Assembly (NCBI GenBank): GCA_001643675.2 | Contig: LSRY02000026.1 | Coordinates: forward strand, 744,001-808,000 | DNA from: Monocercomonoides exilis PA203 | Lineage: Eukaryota > Protista > Preaxostyla | Direction of reading: 5' to 3' | DNA length: 64,000 nt | Shown here: positions 34,375 to 47,448 of the stretch, piece after piece | Position numbering within the stretch: position 1 is the stretch's first letter | Layout of the letters: the number at the start of each line of letters is the position of its first letter | Notes under the pieces: model-generated | What the model was told of the DNA's origin: nothing | Databases searched by the model: none | What the model saw: only the letters and a program-made list of their open reading frames with translations | Translations under genes and position numbers: made by a program

Positions 34375-35047
34375 GCCTTGTTTCTTTGAGAATCAGTTCC
34401 TGTCTCTCTGTGAGAATTCCTGTAGAAGCGTCTGTGCTCATCGCTGTGGCAGCCCTGAAACCAAACCTGCCTTGAATTCGAACTGTTCGTGCCTCTTGAA
34501 GAGCCCTGGTAATCATTATCAAGATGTCAGCTAGCCTTTGTTTTGCACCTTCACTTGAAGTCGGTATCTCGGCTGAACCTATGAGCGCAGCTTTAATCGC
34601 CTGGAAAAGAAAAATCTCCACCTTGTTCCCCGCCTGATCTAATGCGTCGTTAATCCAGTTTTCAGTTCTCTTAACAGTGGGCGGTTCAAGCGATAACAAC
34701 GGGCTAAAATCCTGTGTCTTGTACTCCTCAACAACATCTTGAACGGATCTTGGGGAAATCCTTAGATCAAAAATTGAAATATTAGGCGTTTGTCCGAAAA
34801 TGTCCTCAAACTCCTGACAAATAAGTTGTGATATGTCTAAGAAATCATCATTCTCCTTTCTGTCAGCTGAAGGGGTCAACTCCTGTGCTAAACCTTCCGA
34901 TGAAGAAGGTGAAAAAATTGAAGAGGAAGAAAAGATGTCAGGTTGTGACAAGGTCCCTAGTTGGCTTTGCGCCCCACTGTGCTGCATTGCAGAATCAGCC
35001 GACGGCGTAAGTCCAACAATCGGAGGGAATTGCGAAGCAGACATCAT
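34358..35047 (-). CDS. DIRS gag-like ORF1; may originally have continued past the TAG at 34358-34360
   Basis: First ORF inside the 5' ITR. The frame stays open for about 75 codons beyond the TAG with Arg/Gln-rich sequence. Confidence 0.7.
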   Translation of the reverse strand: MMSASQFPPIVGLTPSADSAMQHSGAQSQLGTLSQPDIFSSSSIFSPSSSEGLAQELTPSADRKENDDFLDISQLICQEFEDIFGQTPNISIFDLRISPRSVQDVVEEYKTQDFSPLLSLEPPTVKRTENWINDALDQAGNKVEIFLFQAIKAALIGSAEIPTSSEGAKQRLADILIMITRALQEARTVRIQGRFGFRAATAMSTDASTGILTERQELILKETRHEAKL

Positions 35048-37513
35048 TGATCAAGTGTGGCGACTGACCCATAGATTGTGGCGTCTCTCAAAAAGAGAAG
35101 GAATTGATGAAACACTTTCTTGATAATTAAGGTGCTTATGCACTTTAATAATGGAAAGAAAACAAAGAAAATGCACGTTTGAGTTTATTCCTCAAAAAAT
35201 ATTATTTCAATTTTAATTCAAATATTTCTTTTTTAAACATATTTTCTGTTTTCAATCAAAATTTTCAAACAATAGAGAGACACAGCAAAGCAAGAATTGG
35301 CAGAAGGATCGAAGAAAGACAATAAAAAATGAGATAAATGAAAAGCATAAAGAAGAAGAACACGATAATATCGCAGCGATCCTTAATGGAAAAGTATCTC
35401 TTGTAAGTGGATAATTCAATGATTTTATTTTATCGATTGTTTCTAATTATTTTGCAAATATTGAAGTTAATTGATCTTGTAATTTTGAAACTCGTAATTG
35501 TTTTTGTCTTTTTAATTCTATTCATAAAATATTAAAAAATAAATTAATGGAATATTTATTCATGTTTTTATTTCCTTTTATTTAAAATAAAAGCAAAAGC
35601 GAAAATTCCATTCTTATCTTTTCAATTATTTTCTACAAGAATCTTCATTGAACGAATATTCACATTCCATATTCTTCAAATAGATTCATTTTTGATCGAA
35701 CATTCATTTCTTTAGTCATTTCCTCTTGAAATTTCTGGTAAACTTTTTAATTTCTCTTTCTCACTGCTTTCTCGATGAATTTGAGAAGGAGAAGGCGAAA
35801 TATGAAATGAAAATTCGCGAGTAAGAATTCAATGGTATCAATGAAGAAGTTTTCGTTGAAAGATTTCAGATAACAACTTTGTGAGTACCAAATACAACAG
35901 CAAACATGGCTGAAAATGAAGCTAATCCAATGCTCCAATTCAGAATGAGAATGACAGAACAAGTCAATCAAAATTAATTGCTTTTGCATTCTTCTCATTT
36001 TTGCTCATCTTTTACCTCTTATTTCCTTTATTCTTTTTCTTTCTTTTCAATTTGTCTTCCTTCGCTTTTCTCTTCATTCCTTTTCTCTCTTCTTCTCGCA
36101 TTAGGTTACTCATTTCATCCATTTCTTCTTCAAATACAATTCTTCAAAAAGATATTCATTCCATTTCTTTCTCTTCCTTTTTCTTTCATAATTCTGTTTT
36201 CACCTGCATTTGCCAATTGATGGAGAAGAAGAAGAAACCTCACTTTCATTCTTTTCTCACTTCATTATCCAAAAGTTCAGCTCCAATAGCATTTCCTCTT
36301 CAGCAGCTTTGCTTTCGCATGAATGAATATTTTTTCATTCATCAATCATTTTTCATCTTTATTCTGTTTCCTTGACTAATCTCTCTCAATCTCTGCTCAA
36401 AATTGTTCTTTTCCTCTCCGTTTTTCTTCAATTCATGAAATGTTCCAAAAATCTATTCTTCCAAACCCACTTTTTTCTCAAGCCCAATGCAAAAGCAATG
36501 CATTTATGAAAATATAAAACCTTTCATTTTGGCTTGCCGAGAATGAAATTGAGAATGAGAGGTCAATGAATCAACAGCTTTGATGCAAACAGTTGATATG
36601 TTCAATAGAAAAGTCTTTCTTCACTTTTTCACTTTCATTCAAAATATTTCTGTTTTTATTGACGAACAAAAAACAATTGAAGATTAAGAAGATGAAGAAG
36701 AAGGCGAAGAAGATGAAGAAATCTGATGAACGAGGCGATCAAAAATATCCACAAACAGCTCTATGATGATGCAGATTGAATGAAATAATAGTTGAAAAAA
36801 AAGAAGATGTTAATGGACAGGTTATAGAAAGACAAATTGAGTTGAGTCATGAATTCGCAGGCAAAGGTAACCTTTCATTACAAAGCGATGCTGAAAACAG
36901 AAAGATTCTCTTTGGATACTCATTTGAAATCGTGTCTGGCCGAAGGCCTTGAAGATCAATGGAAAACATCCGAACTTTCCAATGGCTGTTCACAACAACA
37001 CAAAAGATTCCCCTGAGCACAATTCGAAATATTTGTTGCTCTCTTCATTCTGATGCAACTGAAGTTGGATTCGAGAAAAATCACTTTCCTTCCAAATCAT
37101 ATGTCCACAATTGTATGCAGAGGAATAACCTTGTTAATTTATTTCTCGGACGCATCTCGCGGGAAAGTTGTCTTCGCTATATTTCCCTCTTCCAATATCA
37201 TTTTTGCAGAAAGAAAATGGCTTCTGTCTTCAAATGTTCAGCAGCACCAAAAGAAATATTAAATGTGTTTCTTTTGACTTTTCTGTCACATCTCACTTTT
37301 GGGATTACCTCCTTTTCTGCAGGCGTCGGCCTTCATTGCTTTTCTCCAAACAATGCTTTTCTGAATAATGCAAGATTAATTAGTTATTCAAGCACAGGTT
37401 CTCTGTCTTCAATCACTCATTTGACATTTTCTCCTGCTATCATTTCGTATTTAGTCAAGTTCTTCAGTCCAGTCAATCCACGCATGTTTTCGGTAATTCA
37501 TCATTTTATCTTC

Positions 37514-39065
37514 CACTGCTCATCAGAATCATGTGATCCTGATGATGCTTCTTTATTTTTTTGTAATAAAATCAAAAGTAGAAAGCTAAAATTTGTGGAT
37601 CACTTAATTACTAAATGATATAAAAGATTTATCTGTTTTTGTGTTAAAAAAAAGATTTGATCAATATTAAAAAATGATTGTTTTATTATTTGACAGGAAT
37701 TTTTTTTCAAAAAAATGTGATCCGGAAAAAAAGGTTAATTTGCGAATGATAAAAGCATTAATATAAAAAAAGAAATAATACACAAACAAAATAAAATGAC
37801 AAGAATTACAAAGGGCTCGATTCAAAAGAAAATACATATACTGCGCGATCAAGGGAAAGGAAGAAACGAAATTGCTCGTTTATTAAATATTTCAGTCAAT
37901 ACTGCAAAAAAGTACTTAAAAACAAACCATATTCAAACAAAACGGCTGGTTAGATGCAAACTCGGAAGGCCACTTATTCTTACGCCTGCGCTGTTGAGGA
38001 AAGCAAAAAAAGAATCAAAATGCAAGCAAATTCGAAGAGCCAGAGATCTAACCGATTATCTTGGTGTGAATTGCAGCAATTCCACTGCTCATCGACTATT
38101 GCGCTTGATAAATAGAAAATACACAAAGAGAAAAATCAAACCTTTCCTATCAAAGAATGCTTGTGAGAAAAGAAACGAATTTTCTGAAAAACATTTAAGG
38201 GATGATGAATTATGGGAACTTACGATCTTCGCTGATGAAAAAAAATTCAATTTATTTGGACCAGATAATACAAGAATGGAATGGATTGAAAAAGATAATG
38301 AGGAAATTTTCGACCATCAAAGTCAGAATAAACATGAAAAAATAAATATATGGGCTGCAGTGGGTTATAATTTCAAATCACCAATCGTTTTTGTCAGTGA
38401 AACAATGAATTCTGAGGAATATTGTCGTATTTTGAAATTTTCATTGATTCCTTATGCACGCAAGCGGTTCAATAATAATTGGAGATTTATCCACGATAAT
38501 TCACCAATTCATCGTTCCATTAAGGTGCAAAATGTTATCAGAGATTTTTCAATAATTAGCGTAGAATGGCCACCTTATTCTCCAGATTTAAATATCATCG
38601 AAAATGTGTGGAGCATTTTATCTAGGATGGTTTTCAAAGATGGAAAACCAAAGAAAGATGTGAATGAGCTGAAACAATCAATTTTGGATGCCTGGAATGA
38701 AATTGAAATGGATATTATTAATAAACTTGTTCATTCGATGTACAAACGACTAAAAACGGTTATATTGAATGAAGGAGGATCAATCAACTATTAATATATT
38801 TTGATTATGTTATTGGAATTAATTTTTGAAATTTTTCTTTTTTTTTAAAATTCAGATCACATATTTTTGACAAATTATTTTTTCTATTTTCAAAAAAATC
38901 GTTCTTTTTTTTATTGTTTTCGAAAAGAGAAAAGAAAATTAACTCTATTGCAAAGCATTAATTTGTTTGATAATAATAATAATTGCATGCAATTTTTTTC
39001 TTTCACAACTGTTGGTTCATTTCTTCAATTTTTGTCAGCGGATCAGTTATTTTTGATGGTCAGTG
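37514..39065 (+). mobile_element. Tc1-family transposon with degenerate ~26-bp TIRs
   Basis: cactgctcatcagaatcatgtgatcc vs reverse complement cactgaccatcaaaaataactgatcc (19/26 match). Inner tgtgatc copies near 37716 and 38856. No TA TSD. Confidence 0.5.
37796..38794 (+). CDS. Tc1-like DD34E transposase, intact ORF
   Basis: N-terminal HTH, GRP, FADEKKF, HDNSPIH and WPPYSPDLNIIENVW; 34 residues between D and E. Confidence 0.95.
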   Translation: MTRITKGSIQKKIHILRDQGKGRNEIARLLNISVNTAKKYLKTNHIQTKRLVRCKLGRPLILTPALLRKAKKESKCKQIRRARDLTDYLGVNCSNSTAHRLLRLINRKYTKRKIKPFLSKNACEKRNEFSEKHLRDDELWELTIFADEKKFNLFGPDNTRMEWIEKDNEEIFDHQSQNKHEKINIWAAVGYNFKSPIVFVSETMNSEEYCRILKFSLIPYARKRFNNNWRFIHDNSPIHRSIKVQNVIRDFSIISVEWPPYSPDLNIIENVWSILSRMVFKDGKPKKDVNELKQSILDAWNEIEMDIINKLVHSMYKRLKTVILNEGGSINY

Positions 39066-39669
39066 TTCATTCAATGAAATATAATCTGAATTTGTTTTAA
39101 CATCTTGCACCAAATAAAATTTATGAAAATCATGTATCTTCCGTATCTTCGTATATTTCTCAATGGCTATATAATAATCTGCTCCATTCACATTGTTATG
39201 CTCTCCAAAGTGGAGATTGGCCATTTCAATAAAAAGTCAGATTCCTGCACTTTGGAAAGGATACAGATGGAAATATTTTCACAACATATAGAACAATACA
39301 AAATACATACACTATGTCTTTTGCGTTAATGAAATTGTTGTGTTCCACTTGACCATCCAATTTCGAAAAATCATCAGATTGAATTTCAAAAATATAGCAT
39401 CTCCATCATTGTCTGCTGTGACCATGCAAAACAATTTATCTTATTCTGCAGAAAATGTTCATTCACTGTTCTCTCATTTTGTCAATGTTTATTCTTGACT
39501 TTGAAAATGTCTTTCGATCATTGAATCCATAACTACAAACAGAAAAAACAAATCCTTTTTTTATCTTTGTCATCCTTTGTCAAAAATGTTTACACAAGAA
39601 AAAACAGTGTGAAAGCTAATTTTTTAAGACATATTTGAGATTTTATTCTCCTTCATTTTCTAATATGAA

Positions 39670-41268
39670 ATGAAATGTGGATTCAATACGAATGATGAAT
39701 TTTCATTGTTTTCTTGGTGCAATGCATTTTTGAAAATGCAGGAAACGAGTGTCACTAAAAGATTTAATGGTTTGCAAACATTGTTGCACTTTAATTTTTG
39801 TTGATTTCATTAATTTTTTTCAACATAATTAAAGAATTATTTGATAAACTTGAACATTGTGATGAGGATGAGCAAAAACAGAAAATCGAAGAAATGAATG
39901 AAATGATTAATGAAATGAATAAAGAAGAATTTAAAACTGTTTTCACAAAAGAAATGTTCGACAAAGTTGATGAAATGATTGAAGAAAAAAAATTGCCTTT
40001 GGAGAACGCCATTTTGTTGCTAAAGCGCATTGGATATTGCAATGTAATGAAACATTTTTCATCATATTCTTTTGATAAATCATTATTGGGCAAATGGTTG
40101 AGAGAGATAATTTTTGAAGAATTGAAGAAAAAAGAAGAAAAGAACGAAATGCTTTTTGTTGATCTTTGCGAATGCTATCTTCTGCTGAGCTTAGGGAATT
40201 CGCAGGATTTGCGTTTAATTTGTATTCTCTGCCTTCTGAAAGAAGCCTCGAAAAAAGAGGAAAACGAGGAAGTTCAAAAAGATGTGGAAATGGCTTTATT
40301 TGCATTGAGTTGCATCGGAAAATATTATGTATGAGCATTTCTATTTCCTTTCTGGAGTTATTATATTGAATTTTTTATATTTTAATAAGATTTTTGATGG
40401 AGAATTGCATTTGAATGAAATCAAAGAAATTATTGAATATCACCAGGAACATCGCAACCTCTCTCAGCTTGCATATCAATCTGCTTGGGCGTTTTTGATT
40501 AACCTAACATATTTTGATAGAAGTTTTGGTAGCGTTATTGTGAATGAGCTGCATTTTATGAAAGAAGAAACAAAAGCATTGGAGGAGATAAGAAATGATA
40601 TGGTTTGGAAGAAAAACGAAAAAGAAAAAGAAATGAAAAAAGGAATTGTTTTGGAGAGATGTCTCGATGCTTTGAATGCCTTTGGTAGATTGGGGCTAAT
40701 ACGGAATAAGGAATTCATTAAACTGACAACGCTTCTCATGGGTCTGTGCAGAACAACTCGGGGCAACTACAGATACGCATGTGAGAAATGCTTTTTAATT
40801 TATGTGAAGATCATTTTGCGAAAAGCAGAATCTTCTGATTGTTTGCCAAGTGTCGAAGCTGTTGGCTTCGTTTTGGAGGAAATGTGTCAACCAACGATTA
40901 ACAGCGAAGAAATAGTTTATAGTATGCGAGTATTTCATAATATTTCGAGAATAATGCACTCAAATGAGGAAAAGAAAAACATCTTCATTTCGATTTTTTG
41001 GTTTGTATGGAACCGGCCGAATGGAAAGGTCAAAGAAGAAAGTGAAAAAGCAAAGCAGAAAATGATGCTATACAGGAAGCTACGCGAAAAGATGGAAGAA
41101 GAAGGATACGAAGATATTATTGTCAGTTTCAAGAATGCAGTGTTGGAGCCTAATCTTACACAGAGAATAACCGGAAGGGAATTCGGATTCGATAAGTCAG
41201 CCAGTGCCAGTGATCATTTTTCAAATATTTTTCATTTTTTTCAACAAAAGATCACTTTCAAAAAATGA
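39670..41268 (+). CDS. Helical protein family, copy 3, 3 exons
   Basis: Exons 39670-39769, 39835-40328, 40390-41268; conserved intron positions. Confidence 0.85.
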
Positions 41269-42507
41269 AATCAAATCACACAATAATATTGTGAACGCGC
41301 GTGTATTCATGAAGTTTTCGTGATTCTTTATTGAATGACCCTTGAAAATGATTTTTTGATCAAAAGGGATGGGCCATTTCAAAATAGTATCTTGTCATTA
41401 TAGTAACATTTCTTTGATTTTCACTAACATCTTTTCAAAAATTTGTGGGAATTGTGATACTCCTTCTTGCCAGTCGTATCTTTAACAAGATTAACAATTT
41501 GAAAAAGTTTCAAAAAGAAAAAGAAATAAGAAATTCTTATTCAACATTGCAAAAAGACAGAGAAATAAAAGCCTCGTCATTTCAAAAATGTGATTGTTTT
41601 TTGTTAAATTTTTTGACTGAAGAGTTTTTGCTAAAAAGGTAATAATATAGCTGAATATCAGAATGAAGATGGATTTGGAATGAAAAATAAGAGCGAAAGA
41701 GAAAAGAGGAGGAAGAGGAAGAAAGAATTCTTTTCGAATATAATGTCAAATTTTTGGATTAATCAAACAACAACGATTTGTTTCAAAATTTTCTTATATT
41801 TTTTCGATCAAAACCTTCCACTATGAAGCTAAAATAATACAGAAAAATTCAAAGATAAAGATAAATATTTTTCAATAACGTGCAGAAAAAAATTCTTTAA
41901 CAAAATATTTTGCCCCATATTCGCTTTCTGAAAAATCGAAGAAAATGTTTCTATCAATTTATTCTGGTGAAATGCAAAAAAGTACTCGAAATGGAGAACG
42001 GCAATGAGATAAATGAATAAAGTGGAGAAGAAGAAAAAGAAGCAGAAGATAAAGCGAAAACGTTAACAATCAAACGAAGAAGGATGTTTCTCCAGCATTT
42101 AAAATTCTCCGGATATGGTTCTCGGATATTTTTGATGAGAAATTTTTAAGACATAAGTTGAAGAAGCGAAGGAGAAGGAAAAGGAGAAAGTAGAATTTAC
42201 CCATCAGATTATTAGAGAAAAGATAGGTTGAAATTCAGTAGAAAAGAGATATGGAGAAATAATTATCCTTTCAAAGAGGAAAAAAGAAGAGGAAAAAATG
42301 GATGGAAATGAGGAAAAAGAATATAGAAACGAAAAGTGAATTAAAAAAGATAAAGATGCGCAAAATGTATTCGCAAATTTCAATTTTCAAAGAAATTACA
42401 ATTAACTCATAAAATTGCATTGCTTTAAACATTTCTTTGTAGCCATAATCGTCCTATTCGTTTTATTCTTCTTCTTATTTTTTTTTTCTAATTTTACTTA
42501 TTCTTCC

Positions 42508-42732
42508 ACTTCTTCTTCTTCTTCTTCTTCTTCTGCTTCTTCTCAGCAAAATACCAACCAGAACTCTTCTTCTTCTTCTTCTTCTTCTTCTTCTTCTTCT
42601 TCTTCTTCTTCTTCTTCTTCTTCTTCTTCTTCTTCTTCTTCTTCTTCTCCTCCTCCTCCTTCTTCTTCTTCTTCTTCTTCTCCTCCTTCTCCTTCTCCTT
42701 CTCCTTCTCCTTCTCCTTCTCCTTCTCCTTCT
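42508..42732. repeat. Compound microsatellite (TCT)n/(CCT)n/(CCTTCT)n
   Basis: Read directly from the sequence. Confidence 0.95.
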
Positions 42733-43528
42733 TATTATTCAGAATTTTTAACTTTATTTCCATCATCTTTGTTTTCTTCTTTTTCTTCCTCCAATTCAAG
42801 AAGCATTTCTAATTTCAAATTCTTCGCAAAAAGCCCATCAACTCAAATGAACAATTCGATTTTGATTTTTATTTTAATTCTTCTCTCTTTCTCTTTCTCT
42901 CTCAATCTTCGAGGGAGGTATCAAAACTCCCATCAGAATTTCTTTCTCTTCTCTAATATTTGAACAAAGCATTTTAGCAACCTTCAGGTGCTGCAAACGG
43001 ATTATTTTAACTTTTGGAAATGGAAATGAAGAAGAATGAATAAACAGGCAGAGGAAAGCGTTTGGGTTGAATGTTTCTCTTAACTTGAATCAGCATCAAC
43101 ATCGTTGTTTGCTGTTTTTGTTGTCTTTTCAACGTTCTCTGAGGTTTTTTGGTATTCCTTGAAAGCAAAGGAAGAATTGAAAAAACATATTTTTTTTTTT
43201 TGCCAATGAGCTGAAAAGAGGTTGTTTTGAGAAAATCAATCAAAAGAATGAATGAAGGCTTAGAAATAAAAAAGATTTGTTAACTCATTTTTGGAAGAAC
43301 TTTGGTGAAAGAAAGAAGAAAATGGAGAAATTCATGATTTTTTATATTTAAATTTGGAAAAAAAAATTCAATTATTTTTGTTCTTGATTCACTTCATTTT
43401 GATGAATCTGGATAATAAATCACTTTTAAAACAAACATATGAAAATAAATTTTTGTACCGTTTTGTGAAATGAATAAAAAAAGAGAAAGTGAAATTGTGA
43501 ATCATGAAACTCCAAGCATCTCATTTCC

Positions 43529-44998
43529 TCAAACATTTACAAAATAATCATAAATATTCAACAACAATTCTGGATTATATATGAAGCGAATTGAAATTAC
43601 TTCATAAAAGCTGGTGATAGTATCTTCATATCCTTCTTCTTCCAGCTTTTCGAATATCTCCATTTTTGTTGCCTTTCTTTTAACTTCTTCCATTTCATTA
43701 TCCTTCTTTTCTTTCAATCGATTTGAAACATTCGTAAAGAATTGTAAGCATTCATATACCATACCTTCATTCAATGTTCGTCGATGCATTTCCTCTAAAA
43801 AAGCATCAATTGCTCCACTTTTCAGCAAGTCATCAATTTCCACATTTCTATTTTCTGCTGCACTTCTCAAGGAAAAAATGCACCAGTAGCAAATTTCCCT
43901 GTGATTATCCTTCGCTGCTCGAAATACTCTAACTATGCTTCTGAAAAGCTCAACAAGTTCTTCATTCCACAATTGACAACTGCTAAAAAAAATCTCAAGT
44001 GTTTGGATCCATCTCCGAATTACTAGCACTTCATTCGCTTCTTCTTTGCTCATTTCCTCAAATTTATTCTTCCAATTCAAGCACTTTGTTAGCTCTTCCA
44101 GTTCTCTTGCTGCTTCTCTAGCAAAGTGTAATTCGTTCACAATAACTCTTTCCAAGCTTTTATCGCTGTAAAATCTGTCTATAAAAAATTGCCAAGCAGA
44201 TTGATAGGCAAGTCGAATATGATTGTTATGTTTCTGATGATATTGGATAATCTCTTTGATTTCTTTTAAGTACTGTTTTTGTTCAATTTCCTTTTTAATA
44301 AAAGATAAGAAAAATTCAAATAATAAAACAAATTAATTTTGCAAAGCAATCAAGCCAGCTCAACACACTTTAAATTGTCCAATATTTGACAAAGCCAACA
44401 AAGCCATTTCCACTTCTTTCTGAGTCTCCTCGCTTTCCTCTTTCTTCAATGCAGCTTTCAGAAGGCAAGGCACACATATCAAAATCAACTCCGAATTAAC
44501 CAGGATGCTAAGCAAAATATAACATTCACAAAAATCAATAAGAAGCTTTTCGTTTCTTTTTTCTTTTTCCTTCTTCTCCTCTTCTTCTGCCATATTTTTT
44601 AATTTTTTACCCAGCGAAGACAAATGAAAGCATGAATTCCACATGTTTTTCAGCACATTGCTATATCCAATATGCTTCAGCAGCAAAATTGCATTTTCCA
44701 TTGACATTTTCTTTTCTTCAATCATTTTGTTCATTTTGTCATACAGTTCTGTCTTGAAAACAGAATCGAACATTTCTTTATTCATTCCTTCTATTATTTC
44801 ATTCAATTCTTCAATTTTCTGTTTCTGTTCTTCATCTTTGTATATATCAAGCTCAGAAAACAAATCTTCAATAAATTTATTAATTACCGAAACGCTGAAC
44901 ATTCAAAAAATTGAAAAAATTCACAAACTTGAAATTTTATCTTCAAGAGACGGCTCCTGAATATCATCATTGGATTTATATTTGTTGTGCATTTCCAT
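43529..44998 (-). CDS. Helical protein family, copy 4, 3 exons
   Basis: ATG at 44998 (MEMHNKYKSNDD...). Two GT-AG introns at the family positions join ORFs 44360-44902 and 43529-44155. Confidence 0.85.
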
Positions 44999-46424
44999 TC
45001 TGTCTATTTTTATCAAAGATCAATTTACAGCTAAATTTCTAACAAAAAACAGAAAAGCAATAACAATATTGTCGAAAATTGACAAAATTAAAATATAATT
45101 GTCAAACTCAATTCTTTTGCTCAGTAAAAAAAAAATCTGTGTTAAAAAAGAAATCGCAAAGAAGCTGCAATATTGGTCGTATTTAGCCAAATACAAAAGA
45201 GTTTAATTTCTGTCTGATCGAACCAACAATAATTCATTTCATCGAAATGGATAGAATTTCGAATGAAAACTTGAACATGTCGGAAAGTATCCCACATGTC
45301 TGAAATTGATTATTAAAAAAAATATCTATTTAAACATTCTGAGTGGAACAAAGAAGGGGAAATTTGGTGCTTTTTTGAACTTTTCAAAAAAAGTGACAAA
45401 AAAGCAACAATTTGCGCATTAAACTGTGCATTTAAACATTGTTGCAGATTAAAATTCAAACATAAGTATTTAAATTTTAGCACTCACATTTTGTTTCATC
45501 TGGAAGCTTTCCTTGTCAGAAATGATTTTTCCTGTAATTTCAGAGTGTTTGCTGATTTCAGTGAATGTTTCAAATATTATGTGTTGAGTTAAGTTTTGAA
45601 ATATTTGGATACTTTTATTATTTGTTGCTTTCTTGAGTGGGTTGTTCAGGCTGAAGGAAGATTGATGAAGATGATCATTATTTCGTTGTCACGAATTTTT
45701 GAAGCTCTAACGGATGATAATTGACGCATAAGGGACCTAATCAAGGCAACGATGGACAGCATTGTTAATCGATCAATGAAAAAGATTCTATTTCAAAAGA
45801 TTTTGAAACTGAGCAAAGTTGAAAAAATTCGAGATGGTAAAGGGAGATTATTACAATATTGCAATCAAATAGCAACCGAGTTTTTGAAATCATTTCAAAA
45901 TTTTTATCGTTCAGTGGTGTTAACGCTTTAAGTGTATTTTTCTGAAGACACTTGTTATGTTTTTCGGAAAATTCATCACCTTGGATCGTTTTGATGGTTA
46001 TCGTCTATTCACCGATTTCGGGGCGGATTTTAAACGCAAACTCTGAAACAGTAGGAGCGATGCCGAAGCAAGTCCGACAGGATAGAACAGATTGCGATTG
46101 AAGTGTTTGATTAATTTGAGGTGTGTTATCCAATTCATGAAACATTTAAACAATTTTTATTTAAATAAGAAAGAAAGATATCATGAAAAATAAAAATTGT
46201 TTTAATTTTTTCGGCAATGATGATTTCATCTTTTCTCCTTTACTTTTTTTCTTTTTCTTTTTCTTTTTCTTTTTCTTTTGGTGTTACACAGATGTTCTTT
46301 TGACTTTAGTTTAATAAAATTAATTGGATGGGAAGAAATGACAAAAGACAAGCAGCTTCAATTTGAGAGGCAAGAAGATGAGCTTATTTAAAAAAAGGTG
46401 TCATCTCATTCAGATTGAAAATTT

Positions 46425-46455
<31 letters not shown>

Positions 46456-46812
46456 GTGAGGAAAAGATAAATATTAGGATTTCGAAAACCATCCGATGTC
46501 TTGTGCCTTTTTTCCAAAAGTCAATTTTTAAATAATTGTGATAAAAGCATGAAAATATGAAGGATTTACATGAGTATTTTTATTTTTTTGAATTTTGGTT
46601 TTTTTTTTCTTTGAAAATAAAAAATGGTTTCCCCAGAAGAATCTTTCCGCAAATTGAAGGAATTAATTTCAACCGCTGAGGCCAAAAAACAAATTATTAC
46701 TTCGAATTAATTTTTTAGTATCAAACCGAAGAAAGAGGTTCATAACTTTGAGAATAAGAACAAAACATTCATTACTATCAACATTTAAATGCTGAGCGAA
46801 AAAATTGTTTGA

Positions 46813-47412
46813 TCAAGATTGTATGCTGGTGAATGGAATGTCATCTCCCATTCTTTCCAGCTTATCGTAACGATCAGAGCCAAAAAATACCTTTAATATT
46901 TCTTGCGTCTTTTTTCGGTTTCTTTCCTCTATGTATTTTCTTTCTTCATCGTCAAGTTCATTGAAAGAAGCTTCCTGTTCGCTATCCATTTTCGCACTTT
47001 CCGCTTGTTTCAGTTCAAAATCTGAATTCTGAATGGGCAGCGAAGAAGAAGAAAACGGAGTGAAAGGCGAAACAATCTGGCTCTTTTCAGTTTCAGACTG
47101 CTCATTTCCTGCCTCTCTTTTCCTGGACAATGAATTCCTGTTAAAAGACAGATTGGATACCGCCGAAGGGTGCAGGAAATCAAATGGTGCACAAACAATC
47201 GGTGCGCTACTACCAACATTCAGCCTCCGAAGCAGCTGATTCAACGACGAGTCAAGTGACTCCATCTCTCCTGAATTCTTGTGGCTAAATTTTCCTCTTC
47301 TGCTGCAGGCTCCTCTTTCTTCGTCAATGCCTTCGTCTTCTTCAATTTCAGAGATCTGCTCATCGTTGTACAGTCGTCTGGAATTTGAAGATGTTCCTTT
47401 TGCATTGAAAGC

Positions 47413-47448
<36 letters not shown>

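Larger units (their letters stand above)
30560..35146 (-). mobile_element. Full-length DIRS1-type retrotransposon (gag, RT-RNaseH-methyltransferase-like, tyrosine recombinase) with ITRs and ICR
   Basis: ITRs at ~30560-30629 and ~35057-35146 share atcaattccttctctttttgagagacgccacaatctatgggtcagtcgcc in inverted orientation. ICR at 30768-30868. Coding domains are listed separately. Confidence 0.95.

Noticed and set aside
30874-35047. Alternative genetic code (TAA/TAG = Gln) as the explanation for in-frame stops
   Set aside because: One stop is TGA, and host genes such as STI1 end normally in TAA with no internal TAR codons.
36959-37618. 219-aa plus-strand ORF, or a faint RT-like remnant on the minus strand
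   Set aside because: No convincing motifs; the minus strand has many stops and the similarity is too weak to call.
45640-46130. Locally GC-richer stretch as a possible snRNA or snoRNA
   Set aside because: No U1/U2/U4/U5/U6 or C/D-box signature recognised; more likely a decayed coding fragment.
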